A stretch of 64,000 bases of DNA from Eledone cirrhosa. Its lineage: Eukaryota. The stretch spans positions 3,100,001-3,164,000 of the forward strand of contig OZ024750.1 of the NCBI GenBank assembly GCA_964016885.1, read 5' to 3'. Positions 40,269-54,850 of this stretch are shown here, in pieces (position 1 is the stretch's first letter; each line of letters begins with the position of its first letter). The translations under genes were made by a program, and so were the position numbers. Below the pieces are notes generated by a model. It was not told the DNA's origin. It ran no database searches and worked only from the letters and a program-made list of their open reading frames with translations.

Positions 40269-40610
40269 CATTTTCTTTTTCATTTTTACATTCTCAAATC
40301 TCTTGTCATTTCTAGTTCAAATTTATGAATAAAAGATTTGGTTTGGTTTTTTGGTTTGAAACATTTAAAGTTTAAATCTTATATAATTTGAATTGTTCTG
40401 TTCATATATTTTTGACAACACTGTTACCACACACACACACACACACACAAATGTTGGTTGATAAGTTCATAGGGTGACTATAAAGGAGTGATGCTCGAGC
40501 TGTGAAATTTTGCATGAAATAATTTCAACTATTCTTATTAATAACTATTGTTTCTTTCCAGGGACTATGTTGAAAAATAAACCTCATTTGGTTATGCAAT
40601 GTATGTATGC

Positions 40611-40642
<32 letters not shown>

Positions 40643-41983
40643 ATTTTGGTTGGCCTCTGAACTTTTCAGCTGACCCTCATATTTCCTTGACTGTGTTTGA
40701 AATAAAGCTATTTGGCTGACTGGCAAATATTCACTCACAGATGGTTCTTCTACCTTTTCTACAACTATTCCAACAATGGCCTCTGTTCCTCTGGACTATA
40801 AACCTCCTCCACCAAAGTACACTTAACACACCAGATCTTACACAATCATCACACACCAGAACTGCAACCCTCTGGAATACATTCCCTCTTCTACCACATT
40901 TTCCCTGGAGACATTGAGGTGTTAAAACTGAACCCCAACTACAATGGTCACTCCAATCTAGGGAGATCCCCCAAGATCACAGACACAACTTCTCATCTGA
41001 CTGACAGACTTAAAGTCTAATGTTAATAAAATTTTGAAGACATTTTTCTTTGGAATATATCCTAGAAATGTATATATTTTGTGATCTTTTATTTCTAGGA
41101 TAAAATTAGATAGAAATAATAAAGAATTTAATATTTAGTCAAACATACACAAAAAGAAAGTAACATTGCAAAAGTCTATAAATGAGAGGAAAAGACTAGA
41201 AAGGATAAGATACAACAATTCATGCAGTTATGTTATTTTAAAAAGTAACAACTCTTCATTAATATTTTAGTTACCAAACCAACCAAAACCAGTTCTGGTT
41301 CTATGAAATAAAATCACAAATAAAGGTTTCCAATTTATATAAAAATCTTCCAACATAATTTTATACAAGAACCTTACGTAATGAAATAATTAATAATTTA
41401 AATAAATCCCTCAAAATTCTTCATTAATTAATTGAAACAGAGTGTATATCATTAGAAATGTGGTTATGAAAGGGTTAATGAATAACAAAAGTATAAGGGA
41501 ATGAGAGGGGAAGGGTGTTAAATGATTAAATACTACTCTTTTCTCTTGTACACACTGTGCTACCCTAGTCATGTAGAGTGATATAAGTAGCTGTTATCCC
41601 TGAAAAAGTTGCTTCATGTCTCTCTGCTGATTATCACAGGGATTAATCTTCAAAACTAATAATAGACAGGCAAGAAAGCAGCTCCTTGGTTATATAGTTT
41701 TGTGTAGGAGGAGGTTTAGGAGGCTATAAATCAGCAGCCCTACATCAGGACTGCACCTCCAAACCATGGGTAAGGTAGAGGGAGAAGATTCCTATTTAGT
41801 ACAGTTTTATGGTTGCAAGAGAGACATTAATAATAGTAAGTAAGCAAGAAATGCCAAGATGGGTTTGTTGTAGCGTATAATCAGTTTTTGCACTAATTCT
41901 CAGATACACATTTCCACGAAGAACTACTAATAAAATGATAATTTTTACCTGTAATGCTTCACCAACCCAACCCCTCTACCAGA

Positions 41984-42236
41984 ACCACCACTGCCACCAC
42001 CACCACTGCCACCACCAACTCCACCACCACCATCAACTCCACCTCCAGCACCACCACCACCAACTCCACCACCACCACCACCATCAACGCCACCTCCAGC
42101 AGCACCACCAACTCCACCACCACCACCACCATCAACTCCAGCATCACCACCAACTCCACCACCACCACCACCACCACCATCAACTCCAGCAGCAGCAGCA
42201 CCACCACCACCACCACCTCCACCACCACCACCACAT
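41984..42236. repeat. (CCA)n/(CAC)n trinucleotide repeat
   Basis: Source of the poly-His, poly-Thr and poly-Val ORFs. Confidence 0.9.
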
Positions 42237-42674
42237 CAAACCAATAAACATAACTCTAGCCCAGAAATCTTTCATGGTATCTCTTTTTAATGAATACCAC
42301 TAAAACTAAAAGAAACTTATCATTTAGAAAGAACATCACATGCATTCCACAGCATCTTCTTTATAGGATCATATATCATTTTATGAACCGACATTAATCC
42401 ACAATTAAATACACACACAACACACTTATCCACATATTCAGTAGAAGTGCAATATTTAGTGTTCTCATGGGTTGGACTTGATTGTTTCGTTAACATGTTT
42501 TCGTCATGGTCATCTTCCCTGTCGGATGTTTACCTTCTCTTGCATACCGATTCTTACTTTGAAAATGGTAGGGAGATGTTTGAAGGATATTTTTCTGCTA
42601 CACTTGGTACGTTGGGTGACAGTAAAACACCTCTTTACAGGTATATTTATTGTTTTGATGGATAAAACAAGCAA

Positions 42675-43180
42675 TCATCATCATCACTGTTTAACATCCA
42701 TTTCTCCACGCTAGCATGGGTTAGACGAGTTGTCCTGTTGTGGGCAATGTTAGGTCAGGTGACCATGTCTTGCTCATACAGAACTGATTTTGGCTTAGTT
42801 TCTACAGCTGGATGCCCTTCTTAACACCAACCTCATTTACTGGGTGCTTTTTGTTGTGACACCAACATGACCACTTTACAGTGTGGACGGTGTGCTTTTT
42901 GTTGTGACACCGACATACGCCAAAACTACACCTGATGTACCCCTTCCATACACATGCACACGTGTATATCATGACTCATGCACTGTTCATTTTCCTGTTG
43001 TTTGTACATTACTCTATGTACTATACATACACTTTTTGATGAGTTGTAGTGCACCTGAGCACTGTACACAATATTTCATTATTATTATTATTATTATGAC
43101 CACTTTACAGTGTGGACTGGTGCTTTTTGTTGTGACACCTACATGACCACTTTACAGTGTGGACTGGGTGTTTTTTGTTC
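42675..43180 (-). mobile_element. RTE-3'UTR-type element with a nested plus-strand CR1 tail (~42917-43097)
   Basis: Matches 16094-16360. Interrupted by cgccaaaactacacctga...(att)n within an internally repeated ~47-bp unit. Confidence 0.72.
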
Positions 43181-43629
43181 TTCAATAACGATAAAAAACC
43201 CCTGAGGTGGAGTGGTTGTTCCAGTGCATCGCCCTTGCTGTGCTCCAGGGGAATGTATTCTCCATCCTGGCAACTGGGACCCAGTTGAGAGTAAGATAGT
43301 TGGAGGTGGAAGATACTAGTTCAGGCATCACAGACACATATACAGACATTCTCAACCACTTTACACAGTAACTGATAAAGAGATTTCTACCGAAGACAGA
43401 ATACTATCAGCAATAGATAGTGATTATACATTAAAATGTAAGAAAAAATCTGAAGCAAGAAATATCATTTTTAGAGAAAATATAAATCTGAGATTTAGTA
43501 TAGGAATCAATTGTCTATTACAGCAAACTTATTTTAGATTTTGTTGGTTATATTTTAATGTATTTCTCCACTTTAGAGGGGGGGGGGGGCAATCATAGCT
43601 CCACAAAAGAAGGAGACTACAATAATATT

Positions 43630-43957
43630 TACGAGGGTGGGCTGAAAAGTTCATAGGATGACCATGAAGGAGTGATGCTAGAGCTGTGAAATCTTGCATG
43701 CATTAATTTCAACCCTTTTTATTAATAACTGCATTATTTCTTTCCTGGGACTATGTTGAAAAATAAACCTCATTTGGTCACATTCCATGAGAGTATCTTG
43801 ATCATCCTATGTAGGAGCGATGCTAGAGCTGTGAAATCTTGCATGTATTAATTTCAACTCTTTTTATTAATAGCTGCATTGTTTCTTTCCAGAGACTATG
43901 TTGAAAAAATAAACCTCATTTGGTCACATTCCATGAGAGTATCTTAGTCAACCCTCA
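43630..43957. mobile_element. Mariner-type MITE M1 with an internal tandem duplication
   Basis: TA-CGAGGGTGGGCTGAAAAGTT left TIR. The body gatgctagagctgtg...gagagtatctt is present twice. Confidence 0.75.
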
Positions 43958-44379
43958 AATACTGAACAAACAACACATTCAATCATCAATCACTCTCGCC
44001 TAACATTACATTATGAAGCTAACACTTAACCATTAATTTTTAAACTCTTTCTCACAACATTGATTTAACCACCCTACTAACTATGGAAGCACACAAGCAT
44101 CACATTAGTAAAGAGAGAAACCTCTCTAACTTTATCACCTACCAACTTATTCTTCTCACTTCTAATAGCTCAAAATTGATGTAGACAGTTGTAAACAACT
44201 ACATCTTATATACAATAAACTACATCTTATACACAAATATCTGATATACTATATAATAATTTATATTATATCAAATATCTGATATACTATATGTGTTTGT
44301 TATAGCTCACACCTATGCAGGTTTAGCTGGCCTCCTCCTCCTCCAAGGTATATCTCATTGGAGGTGTCTTGGGTGATTT

Positions 44380-44551
44380 AATGATAGGGACCCCAGTCCC
44401 TATCATTTCATTTCTACAGCTGAGTAAACTAGAGCAACGTGAAATAAAGTGTCTTGCTCAAGGACACAACACATCACCCAGTCCGAGAATTGAACTCACA
44501 ACCTTTCGATTGCAAGCCCAATACTCTAACCACTAAGCCATGCGCCTTCAC
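44380..44551 (-). mobile_element. SINE family B head and core
   Basis: Matches 53698-53860. Confidence 0.75.
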
Positions 44552-44589
44552 ATATACTATACTATATAGTAATTTATATTATATCAAAT

Positions 44590-44842
44590 ATCTTCTTCGT
44601 CGCCACAGAGGGGTGTGGGGGCAGGATCCTGAAACACTCCTTCCAGTGGGTCCTGTCAGGAGCAACCATCTCCAACTGATCCGGCTGGATCCCCAAGCAA
44701 GACCAGCCAAGCTCATGGATGTTATCCAACCATCTTGCTCGGGGTCTACCCCTGGGTCTCCTGCCGGTTGGTTTTGCCCGTAAAATCCGTTCAGCGATTC
44801 TTTCTTGAGACATTCTAACCACACGCCCATAGTATCAGAGCT
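44590..44842 (-). mobile_element. RTE (Expander-like) 3' fragment inserted in a ~38-bp AT-rich tandem repeat
   Basis: VVRMSQERIAERILRAKPTGRRPRGRPRARWLD. Flanked by tcaaatatc repeat units that continue at 44845-45025. Confidence 0.8.
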
Positions 44843-45204
44843 GTCAAATATCTGATATACTATAAATAATTTCTACTATATCAAATATCTGATTTACTAT
44901 AAATAATGTCTATCATATCAAATATCTGATATACTATATAACAGTTATATATTATATCAAATATCTGATATAATATATAACAGCTATATATTATATCAAA
45001 TATCTGATATACTATATAATAATTTCTAACATAAACATGAGGTCAAACATTTTGGAAGAAGTACATGATTGCCAGTTTATTTTATTGACCCTGTAAGCAT
45101 GAACGACAAAAATAACTTCAAGAGGAACTAAAGCCATAACTGAATACTATAAAACATTTTGTCCAATACTTTAACAATAATGCTAAGTCACCACCAACCT
45201 CTAT

Positions 45205-45414
45205 AATGGTTTCTGATTTAGACACAAGGCCAGCAATTTTCGGGGAGGGGAAAGTTGATTAAATTTCCCCCAGTTGTATTACTGGTACTTTATTTTATCA
45301 ACTCCGTAAGGATGAAAGGCAAAGTTAACCTCAGAAGGATTTGAACCCATAATGTAAAGGGCTGTAACTCTATGCTGTGACGCAGAGTGTCCGACGCTTT
45401 GCCGATACTGCCAA
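45205..45414 (-). mobile_element. SINE family A copy ~140 bp downstream of an exon donor
   Basis: Colinear with the other family A copies. Confidence 0.75.
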
Positions 45415-45554
45415 CAATAAGAGGAGTACTGGTCTCTGTTCTACAGATTCCATTTCACTACATCCTTACATATTTCTAGATACTATACAGAATATTTCAT
45501 GAAATAACATATCAAATAAAAATTTACATTATTCAAATTAGTCTGAACTATTAC

Positions 45555-45713
45555 CTTTAATTTCAAAGAAATCTCTTCCCATCTTTGGTTAAGGTGTGTC
45601 AATTCTGGTTCTACCATCTTCTTGTATTGGTCACTCTTTGTCATTAAAGAGATTGCAGAATCTCGCACTTCATCAACTTCACAACGTAGATGGTTGAACT
45701 CCATTTGAAGATT
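45555..45713 (-). CDS. DMD: Dystrophin-like gene, internal coding exon (159 bp, phase 0/0), spectrin repeat; counterpart of human DMD exon 37
   Basis: Minus strand reads tcactag|AAT CTT CAA ATG...TTA AAG|gtaatag. Translation NLQMEFNHLRCEVDEVRDSAISLMTKSDQYKKMVEPELTHLNQRWEEISLKLK resembles the recalled human sequence RLKAELNDIRPKVDSTRDQAANLM...RKLVEPQISELNHRFAAISHRIK and starts at the same boundary. Confidence 0.88.
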
Positions 45714-46263
45714 CTAGTGAATCAAAATAAAATAATATCAAATATATCATAAGTATAAAAATATTACAGCCATTTATAATCATAATTCTTATATATATAT
45801 TTCACTCCATACTAGCATGGAAAAATGGACGTAAAACGGCGATGACGACGATGACACACACATACATGAATTCTAGAGTTATGTGAACAGCAACAGATGT
45901 GAAACTCGGAGTAAAAGTAATTTTAGCACCAGTGTATATGTTATGGTATCTCAACATAATTAGTATGAAGAAAAAAAAAAAAGAAAAAAACCAGAGGACA
46001 TTTTTGTTTGAAAAGTAAAGGTAGTTCATTTGTTTCAACATTTTATTCCTAATATATAATGGAAGTTATATTTGGTCAGGGAAAAACTGTAAATCTATAA
46101 AACAAACAAAATATGAAAGAGTGAAATAATTCACCACAAAGTAAAAGTTAATTCTTCATTGAAAACCAGTAAAGAGAATTGGCAGATTTATTAAGGAATG
46201 GACAGCAATGTTAGCAGAGCTTTATATGTATGAAGGGTACATTAACATAACCACAATTGTTTG

Positions 46264-46296
<33 letters not shown>

Positions 46297-46311
46297 ATTT
46301 GCTTATATATA

Positions 46312-46379
46312 TTGGGTCGTCAAGTATGAAATTTGTAGAGAAAAACAAATTTCTACAAATTTCATACTTGACGACCCAA
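46312..46379. mobile_element. 68-bp mariner-type mini-MITE (almost only TIRs)
   Basis: TA-TTGGGTCGTCAAGTATGAAATTTGTAGA...TCTACAAATTTCATACTTGACGACCCAA-TA, perfect 28-bp arms. Confidence 0.8.
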
Positions 46380-46709
46380 TATATATGAGTAAGTATTGCA
46401 CCAAGAAAAATATGTCAGCATGATCTCTTCTGGACCTCTATACCACATCCCCCTGCTATACGATTCAAAGGATACCATCAAGTCAAACTCTCTGGTAAGA
46501 AGCTTTCTTGTTTAAGCATTCATTCCTGATATACATAAACAAAACTTTATATATATCTATATAGATATAGGAAAATGTATGACCCCGACGGCAGAGCTCA
46601 AGCCGTTTCGACGGGTATTTCTGGACTGAGTCCAGAAATAGACGTCAAAACCATACATTTTCCTATTACCCACTCTTCTACCCTAAGTATTGAGTACTCT
46701 GGTTCCTTC

Positions 46710-46756
<47 letters not shown>

Positions 46757-47371
46757 GGTCTCCTGACCACTCCTGCATCAAATGGAACAAAACCGTGCTA
46801 ACATGGAAGATGGACGTTAAACGATGATGATGATGATATATATATATATGTGTGAGAGAGATCTTTATATAAAACTGGAAGGTATCTAAGTGAGGCCTCA
46901 TATCCGTCCCTGCAGTGTCTGGGGGAACAGTATCTGCAACTGTGTAGTGACTTCATATTTGATGGAAAAGTGGATGTTATATGATGAGAGAAAATAAGAC
47001 AACGTAATGATTGTCTCTCTTTAAACCTATTGTGTCCATTATTTCTAACGAGAATACATTGCTTTTGTGTCATAATTATAAAAATAATCAAGAATTATGA
47101 GAGGTTTATTGAAATAACTAATTTACAACCCAATGATAAAAGACAAATATTTAAGTACCAAAAGCTAATATATGTAATAATGAGATTTGTGTGTAAGGTT
47201 TGAATATAAATTTGAACAGTGTAATGGAGGTGGTTACTGGTATGTTGGTATGGGTTGATGTTTAAAAGGTTAAATGGAGTAATATTTATTTTCAAAATTA
47301 CCATAACACTTTTCATCAAATTGAAAAACTAAACATCCAAATAATTTTAAATTCAAACAAATTTTTTATTA

Positions 47372-48357
<986 letters not shown>

Positions 48358-48358
48358 T

Positions 48359-48490
48359 TATGAAAAGATTCAGGTCCCTGATGACTGAGCTCTGGCCGTT
48401 TCAACAGCTAGATCCGAACTGGTGCTTTAGTTCGGATCTAGCTATTAAAACAGCCGGAGCTCAGCCGTCAGGGTCCTGAATCTTTTCATA
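48359..48490. repeat. Inverted repeat with ~61-bp arms and an 8-nt loop, abutting (TA)n
   Basis: ATGAAAAGATTCAGG...GATCCGAACT-ggtgcttt-AGTTCGGATC...CCTGAATCTTTTCAT, 7 mismatches. Confidence 0.9.
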
Positions 48491-48566
48491 TTACCTACTT
48501 TACTCTGGTGGGTTTGATCCACCCGGTATTTTGCCACACCCTCTTTGTTATATATACATATATTTA

Positions 48567-48768
48567 TGGTGTATCAAAAGGAATCATCCGATTTCAAAAG
48601 ACTAAAAATCATGTAAAACTTGCAAATAACTTTACAAAAATTTGTATAAAAAGAAATAAACAAAACTTTATATTCAGACATTTATTGTACAATTTACTGC
48701 AGGATTGTATGGTCATTTGTTTAAAGAATATAGACTTTTGAAAAAAGATGATTCTTTTAGATACACAC
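48567..48768. mobile_element. Degenerate Tc1-like MITE
   Basis: GTGTATCAAAAGGAATCATC...GATGATTCTTTTAGATACAC inverted termini. Confidence 0.55.
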
Positions 48769-48869
48769 TCACTCTCTCTCTCTCTCTACATACATATATC
48801 ATCATCATCATCATCATCATCATCATGTATATAAACAATTGAAAACCTCTTTAATAAAAATATTCAAAT

Positions 48870-48990
48870 ATGGCTGCGTGGTTAAGAAATTTACTTCACA
48901 ACTACATGGTTTGGGATTCAATCCCACTGTGTGGCACCTTGGTCAAGTGTCTTCTACCATAACCAAGGTAGAAACTGTGGGAAAACATGT
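48870..48990 (+). mobile_element. Old tRNA/CORE-type SINE fragment (relative at ~19695-19825)
   Basis: TGGCTGCGTGGTTAAG A box, GGATTCAATCCC B box and CACCTTGGTCAAGTGTCTT core. Confidence 0.6.
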
Positions 48991-50383
48991 CGTGTGTGTG
49001 AGTGTATCTGTGTCTCTCTCTCTTTCTCTCTGTTTCTATCCCTGTGACACCATTTGTACTGATGGTAACATCTTATTTATGTTTCACATAAAGAATATAT
49101 CATGTAGTTCAGTTGTTATATATTTAATTTATTTTTGTAATGTTAATATATAGTGAGGATGATAAGAAACATAAATAATAAAAACAATTGAAAGAGATAA
49201 ACTAAAGAAATTTCGTGGAACTATTTATGAAATTTGCAAACAATATAAGGATATACAGATATATTTTCTTTGAAATGATAAGTATTCATTTTCTTAAATT
49301 CAATTCATATAACTTTCAATATTTTTTTGTAAAATGCTAATCTTATATTTGAAACAAATCTTTTGTTTATTAAATTTCAGGAGAGAAAAGAAAAATATCT
49401 TCTGATGCTTATGAATTAACAATTAGAGCAGACATATATTTAGCCAGGTGTTTAAACCTTCAAACACTTTTCATAGCAAAGAAGTTTAACCACAACACGT
49501 CTACACTTTAAATTTCATTTCTCTTCTTTTCATTCAGAAGAAATTGATGCAACCTCCATTGTTTTTTATTTAGACTGTTTGTTTGATGATGTAATCAAAT
49601 TTTATTTTAGAATACTCAAATATATTTCTAAGATAAAGTTACAGAGAAATAATAAAGAATTTACTATTTAGTTAAAAATGCAGACAAAGAACGTAGCATT
49701 GGCAAGGACTAGAGATGCTATGAGAGGAAAAGAAACCCATTTTCAATACGTTCAGATGGAATCATTACTTATTAAATGACTGACAGGATACAATTGAACT
49801 GGTAGTCTAGCTAACACCTTGACAACTATCATCTCTTCAAACTTTAGTTGTTTCTTCTTTATCCATTCTTTTTGGCTAAGCTGTTAAATTAAGATTTCCA
49901 AAACTAATCACCTAGTATCATGCAATCATTATTAGAGACACAAAGTCATATGATATGGAGAAAGTTTCAAAAGGCAGACATATGTATCAATGTAACTCTG
50001 AAATTGATATTGTCTTTGCAATAAAACAAGACACACACCTCACACTTTACACTTCTGCCTTTATCATTCTAAAAATCTTTGATACAAAATTGTTACTTTA
50101 TTCTAGCTTCAATCTTACACTAATTATTTATTATTATTTTTGGTTGTTTAGTTGCTTTCAGCTTTTAAAACCACTCTAACTATTCTAGTGAAAGTAGTCA
50201 AATCACAATTTTATGTTCAATAACTGCTAACCTTTTTATACTTTCTCATTTTAGTCTGGGTTTCAATATAATTTTATGTAGCTTTCCCCTGTAACAATAT
50301 CAATCTTAAATATTACTTAGAGATTTGATGACCTTATCTTCCTCATAAAAATGTCAATATATATATATAAGAAACATACATGT

Positions 50384-50418
<35 letters not shown>

Positions 50419-53110
50419 AAACATATATGTCAATATATATATATATAAGAAACATACAAACTAAACTGAATTGAATTGAAAACTAGAGGATAAAGAAGAA
50501 TTTATATATTAACAAATCCTTAACATAATTTTCTTCAGGTCTTAAACTTCTAAGCTAAATCGCAACATAAAATCAATTCTTAAAAGATTTCTTTTTTAAA
50601 GAAACTGAAAAGAAAATTTCACTGAAATTGCTTTTTCTTTATTTGCTCTTCAATGATATAGATCAATGTATAAGAAACTATATCTATATCTTAATTGCAT
50701 CAAAAGGATTAGGAAGCTGGTAAATTTCTAAGATTACAGTAAATAATTTAAAAGCATATTAATGCAATGTACTGCTTTTAGAAGACTGAAGTGTTAGTTT
50801 ATAAAATTCTCTTAAATAAATAGAGATTGTGGAGAAAGAAACTTATTGATACCTGCTATAGCATGTTGTCAGTGGTAGTGACTGAACTTCTAAATATAAA
50901 ACTGTTTTTTTTTTTAATGAATAAACATTGGTGTCTCTTGTCGAGATGAGAGTATATAAAAATTTGTAGAAAAATGAGAAAATTCAATGCTGGAACAGCT
51001 GTCAATACAGCCAAATGCTGACCAAGACAACGATGGGCAAAAATATATATAATTATTTATTACATATTTTTGTGTGTATTTGACTGTGTGCATGGAAGTA
51101 TAAGGTTGTGAGCCACAAAATGTGGTGCTATAATGGTGCCAAAACGAAATTTGCTAGTTAACATTTAAATCTGAGCTAAAAAAAGAACAGTTATTTCCTT
51201 GTACATTTCAAACATACAAAAAAAAAATAAAATAACATCACAATACAAATGTTAATCGGTAACTTTATTTTTTTTAGAATATACCACTGTATGTTTTTTA
51301 TTTTTCCCTTTTTTTTAAGCAATGAGAATCTATTTTGATCACAAAATATATTTTTTAAAAATATAAATTCAGGCATGACTTAAAGCTTAATTGCAGCATG
51401 CTCTTAAAACTCATCAAATGTGTTTAGTGCCGAGATAAACAGTGAGTTGAAATAAAAATATAGACAGATAAGAAACTTCTTACCTGTTACATTGTTAAAT
51501 ACAGAAAGAACAAACTGAGACAATCCCTTCTTTAGAGGCTAAAAAATGACTGTCTTAAAATATGCTAAACACTGTTTGTTGGGTATTTTATATATAAAGA
51601 AAATACGTGTACAAATGGGATGATCAATTCAAAGATTTCTCTTCAGTAAAAAAAACAATGTTATCTCTGATCGAGTCGAAGTAAGAGTGTATTTGAATAC
51701 TTATAAAAATGAGGAAACTTATCAGCTAAATGCTAAGGTAGAAGAGATTTTCCCAAGTTAAGAAAAAAATTAGGATTAGGTAGAAAAGGAATTTAAATTC
51801 TATCAGTGTATCAGGTTTTAGAAATAAATTTAACCAACAGATAGATAATTTAAAGAGAATTTGGATTTTAAAAATGAATTCCAGCTCAGAAAATATCAAA
51901 GATTATTCAACAAGTTAGACAACAAAAATATTTGATGAAGAACATTGTTATGATATTGATATCACATCAATACAATTTAAGAATTCTTATATCAACCCTC
52001 CTAAAATCGTTTTAAAGTATCCTTATCTAAATTTAAGTTATCACAACTGTGTATAAGACACCTTTTCTTCAGTTACATTCCAAACAACAACTTGAGTTAA
52101 TTAAATTCCTGATTTTTTTTCACAAATTAATTGAAACATTTATAATGTATTTTATTAGAAATATGGTAAAAAAAAAAAAACCCAAAAAACATTAAAATTT
52201 GATCACTTATTAGGCAAATTATTATAAAACATTTAATTTCAAATACACCAAAAAATAGAAAATAAAATTTCTTTCAGTGACCAAAACAATGAGTATTCAT
52301 AAATGCAGAAAGATAATTGTTCCCCTCAATCCCAAGGTGTTGAAGATAGGAGGAAAATATGAAAATGATGACATTCAAAATGTAAATGATTCGAACTTTT
52401 AATAACATTTTTTTTAAACTTTTCATTTTGTTTTTAAGCGGTTTGTTTTTCTTTCTTTTTTTCAGGAGGGGGGGGGGGGTCACAAGTAGATTGATAACTA
52501 TAGAAAGTTGATAGCGATCAGCTTACACTTAAGAGGAAAATTAATTTTTAATAAAACCTTAAAAAGAAAGAGAAAAATTCACTAACAATTTATTTGCATG
52601 AGAAATCAACTGATAGTTTCATTAGTAGAATACACCTGAAACCACCCTTGGTTCTTTGATGAAAAACCATTTGTTTTAAAGTGTTCATTATAAAACTTAA
52701 GCCTCCTATTACAGTTTCTTTTGAGAGAACCTTTTATGCTCCAAGCACCAAAATGAGATAAGGTTTGTTATGTTACCGAATCCCTTTAAATTCTTCATAA
52801 TTTTCAAAATTATTTGAAACACACAGGCAGTGTCTTTCGTTAGAAATACGGTAATGAAAAGGCTAAACATTTCTCCTACAAACAAGACAGACACACACAC
52901 ATACATACACACACATGCAGTAATCATCAATTAAAACAAGACATGAACTCAGTGACATATATTTGCACGTGATAATGTGGGATATCCTGTCATATACAGG
53001 CAACCAATCACACAGATTGAAAACCAAAATTCAAGAGAAAACCTTAATTAAATGACTGAGATGAGTGGTGGCAACCCATTGCTAATGAAGTGCTACTGGT
53101 GAAATATAAA

Positions 53111-53316
53111 TAAGAGGGTCGGCTAAAAAGTTCATAGTCTAACCAAGATACACTCATGGAATGACCAAATGAGGTTTATTTATCAACATAGTTCCGAGAA
53201 AGAAACAATGCAGTTATTAATAAGTAGAGTTTTAAAAAATGTAAGCAAGATTTCACAGCTCTAGCATCACTCCTTCATAGTCAGTCAGCCAATGAACCTT
53301 TCAGCTGACCCTCATA
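53111..53316. mobile_element. Mariner-type MITE M1 (inverted orientation)
   Basis: GAGGGTCGGCTAAAAAGTTCAT...ATGAACCTTTCAGCTGACCCTC, TA flanked. Confidence 0.75.
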
Positions 53317-53471
53317 GCTGATCATTCAATTGATAAGCCAGCAAAATATGAAGACAATCTACAGAGACCAATACCCAAGTGTGTGTGAGTGTGTGAGTGT
53401 GTGTGAGTGTGTGAGTGAGTGAATGTGTGAGAATATGTGAATATGTGAGTGGGTGAATGTGTGAATATGTG

Positions 53472-53860
53472 TCATCATCATCATCACTGTTTTATGTCCG
53501 TTCGTCCATGCTAGCATGGGTTAGACGAGTTGTCCTGTTGTGAGCAGTGTCCAGTCGGTTGACCTTGTCTTGTTCATACAGGAACTGATTCTGGCTGGAT
53601 TTCTACAGCTGGATGCCCTTCCTAACACCAACCTCATTTACAGTGAGTGCTGGGTGCTTTTTTGCCATGGCACCTCCACGACCACTTTGCAGTGGAATGA
53701 TAGGGACCCCAGTCCCTATCATCTCATTTCTACAGCTGAGTAAACTGGAGCAATGTGAAATAAAGTGTCTTGCTCAAGGAAACAACACATCACCCGGTCT
53801 GAGAATTGAACTCACAACCTTTCGATTGCAAGCCCAATGCTCTAACCACTAAGCCATGTG
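53472..53860 (-). mobile_element. Full-length SINE family B (tRNA head, CORE-like domain, RTE 3'UTR tail)
   Basis: Minus strand reads TGGCTTAGTGGTTAGAG (A box), GAGTTCAATTC (B box), TCCTTGAGCAAGACACTT core, then ~220 bp matching the RTE 3'UTR at 16094-16360, then (GAT)n. Confidence 0.85.
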
Positions 53861-54127
53861 GCTATGTGAATGTGTGAATATGTGAGTGTGTGAATATGTG
53901 AATATGTGAGTGTGTGAATATGTGAGTGTGTGAATATGTGAATATATCTGAAAATGGATTTCTGAAATAACATTTCTTCTAATTTTAAAGCATTTCAATG
54001 AAGAATTAGGCAGAACAAAGCCTTTCTTACCATTCTATCATGGCTGAAGTCATACGCATGAAGAATAAATGAAGTGTGAGTATTTTAACGGAAAAACAAA
54101 ATTAGTTCTTGGGCTTGTTTCACCTCA

Positions 54128-54173
54128 GTGTGTAAGTGTGTGTGGGAGTGTGTGTGTGTGTGTGTGTGTGCGG

Positions 54174-54219
<46 letters not shown>

Positions 54220-54813
54220 GTGTTTGTGTGTGCGCGGGAGTGTTTGTGTGTGCGCGGGAGTGTTTGTGTGTGCGCGGGAGTGTTTGTGTGTGCGCGGGAG
54301 TGTTTGTGTGTGTGCGGGAGTGTTTGTGTGTGGGGGAGTGTGTGTGTGTGAGAGAGAAAGTGAGTGTGTTGTGAGTGTGTATGTGTGCATGTGTGTTTGT
54401 GAGTGTGTAAATGTGTGTGTGTTGTGTGAGTGTGTGTTGTGTGAGTGTGTGTGTTGTGTGAGTTTGTGTGAGTTTGTGTGAGTTTGTGTGAGTGTGTGTA
54501 TGTGTGTGAGTGTGTGTATGTGAGAGTGTGTGTTGTGTGAGTGTGTGTATGTGTGTGAGTGTGTGTGTGTGTGAGAGTGTGTGTATGTGTGAGTGTGTGT
54601 ATGTGTGAGAGTGTGTGTGTGTGTGAGTGTGTGTCTGTGTGAGTGTGTGTGTCTGTGTGAGTGTGTATGTGTGAGTGTGAGGGTGTCAGAGAATGTGTGT
54701 TGGGCGTGTAAATATGTATTGTGCTTGTGAGAGAGTGTTTGTGTGTGCGTGTGTCTGTGTGTGTGTGTGTGTGTGTGTTGTGTGTCTGTGTGTGTGTGTA
54801 TATGTGTTGTGTG

Positions 54814-54850
<37 letters not shown>

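Noticed and set aside
41935-42303. Poly-His or poly-Thr (mucin-like) protein
   Set aside because: Translation of a (CCA)n repeat; no splice or homology support.
53785-53860. tRNA gene
   Set aside because: A and B boxes are present but run into a SINE body; no complete cloverleaf seen; multicopy.
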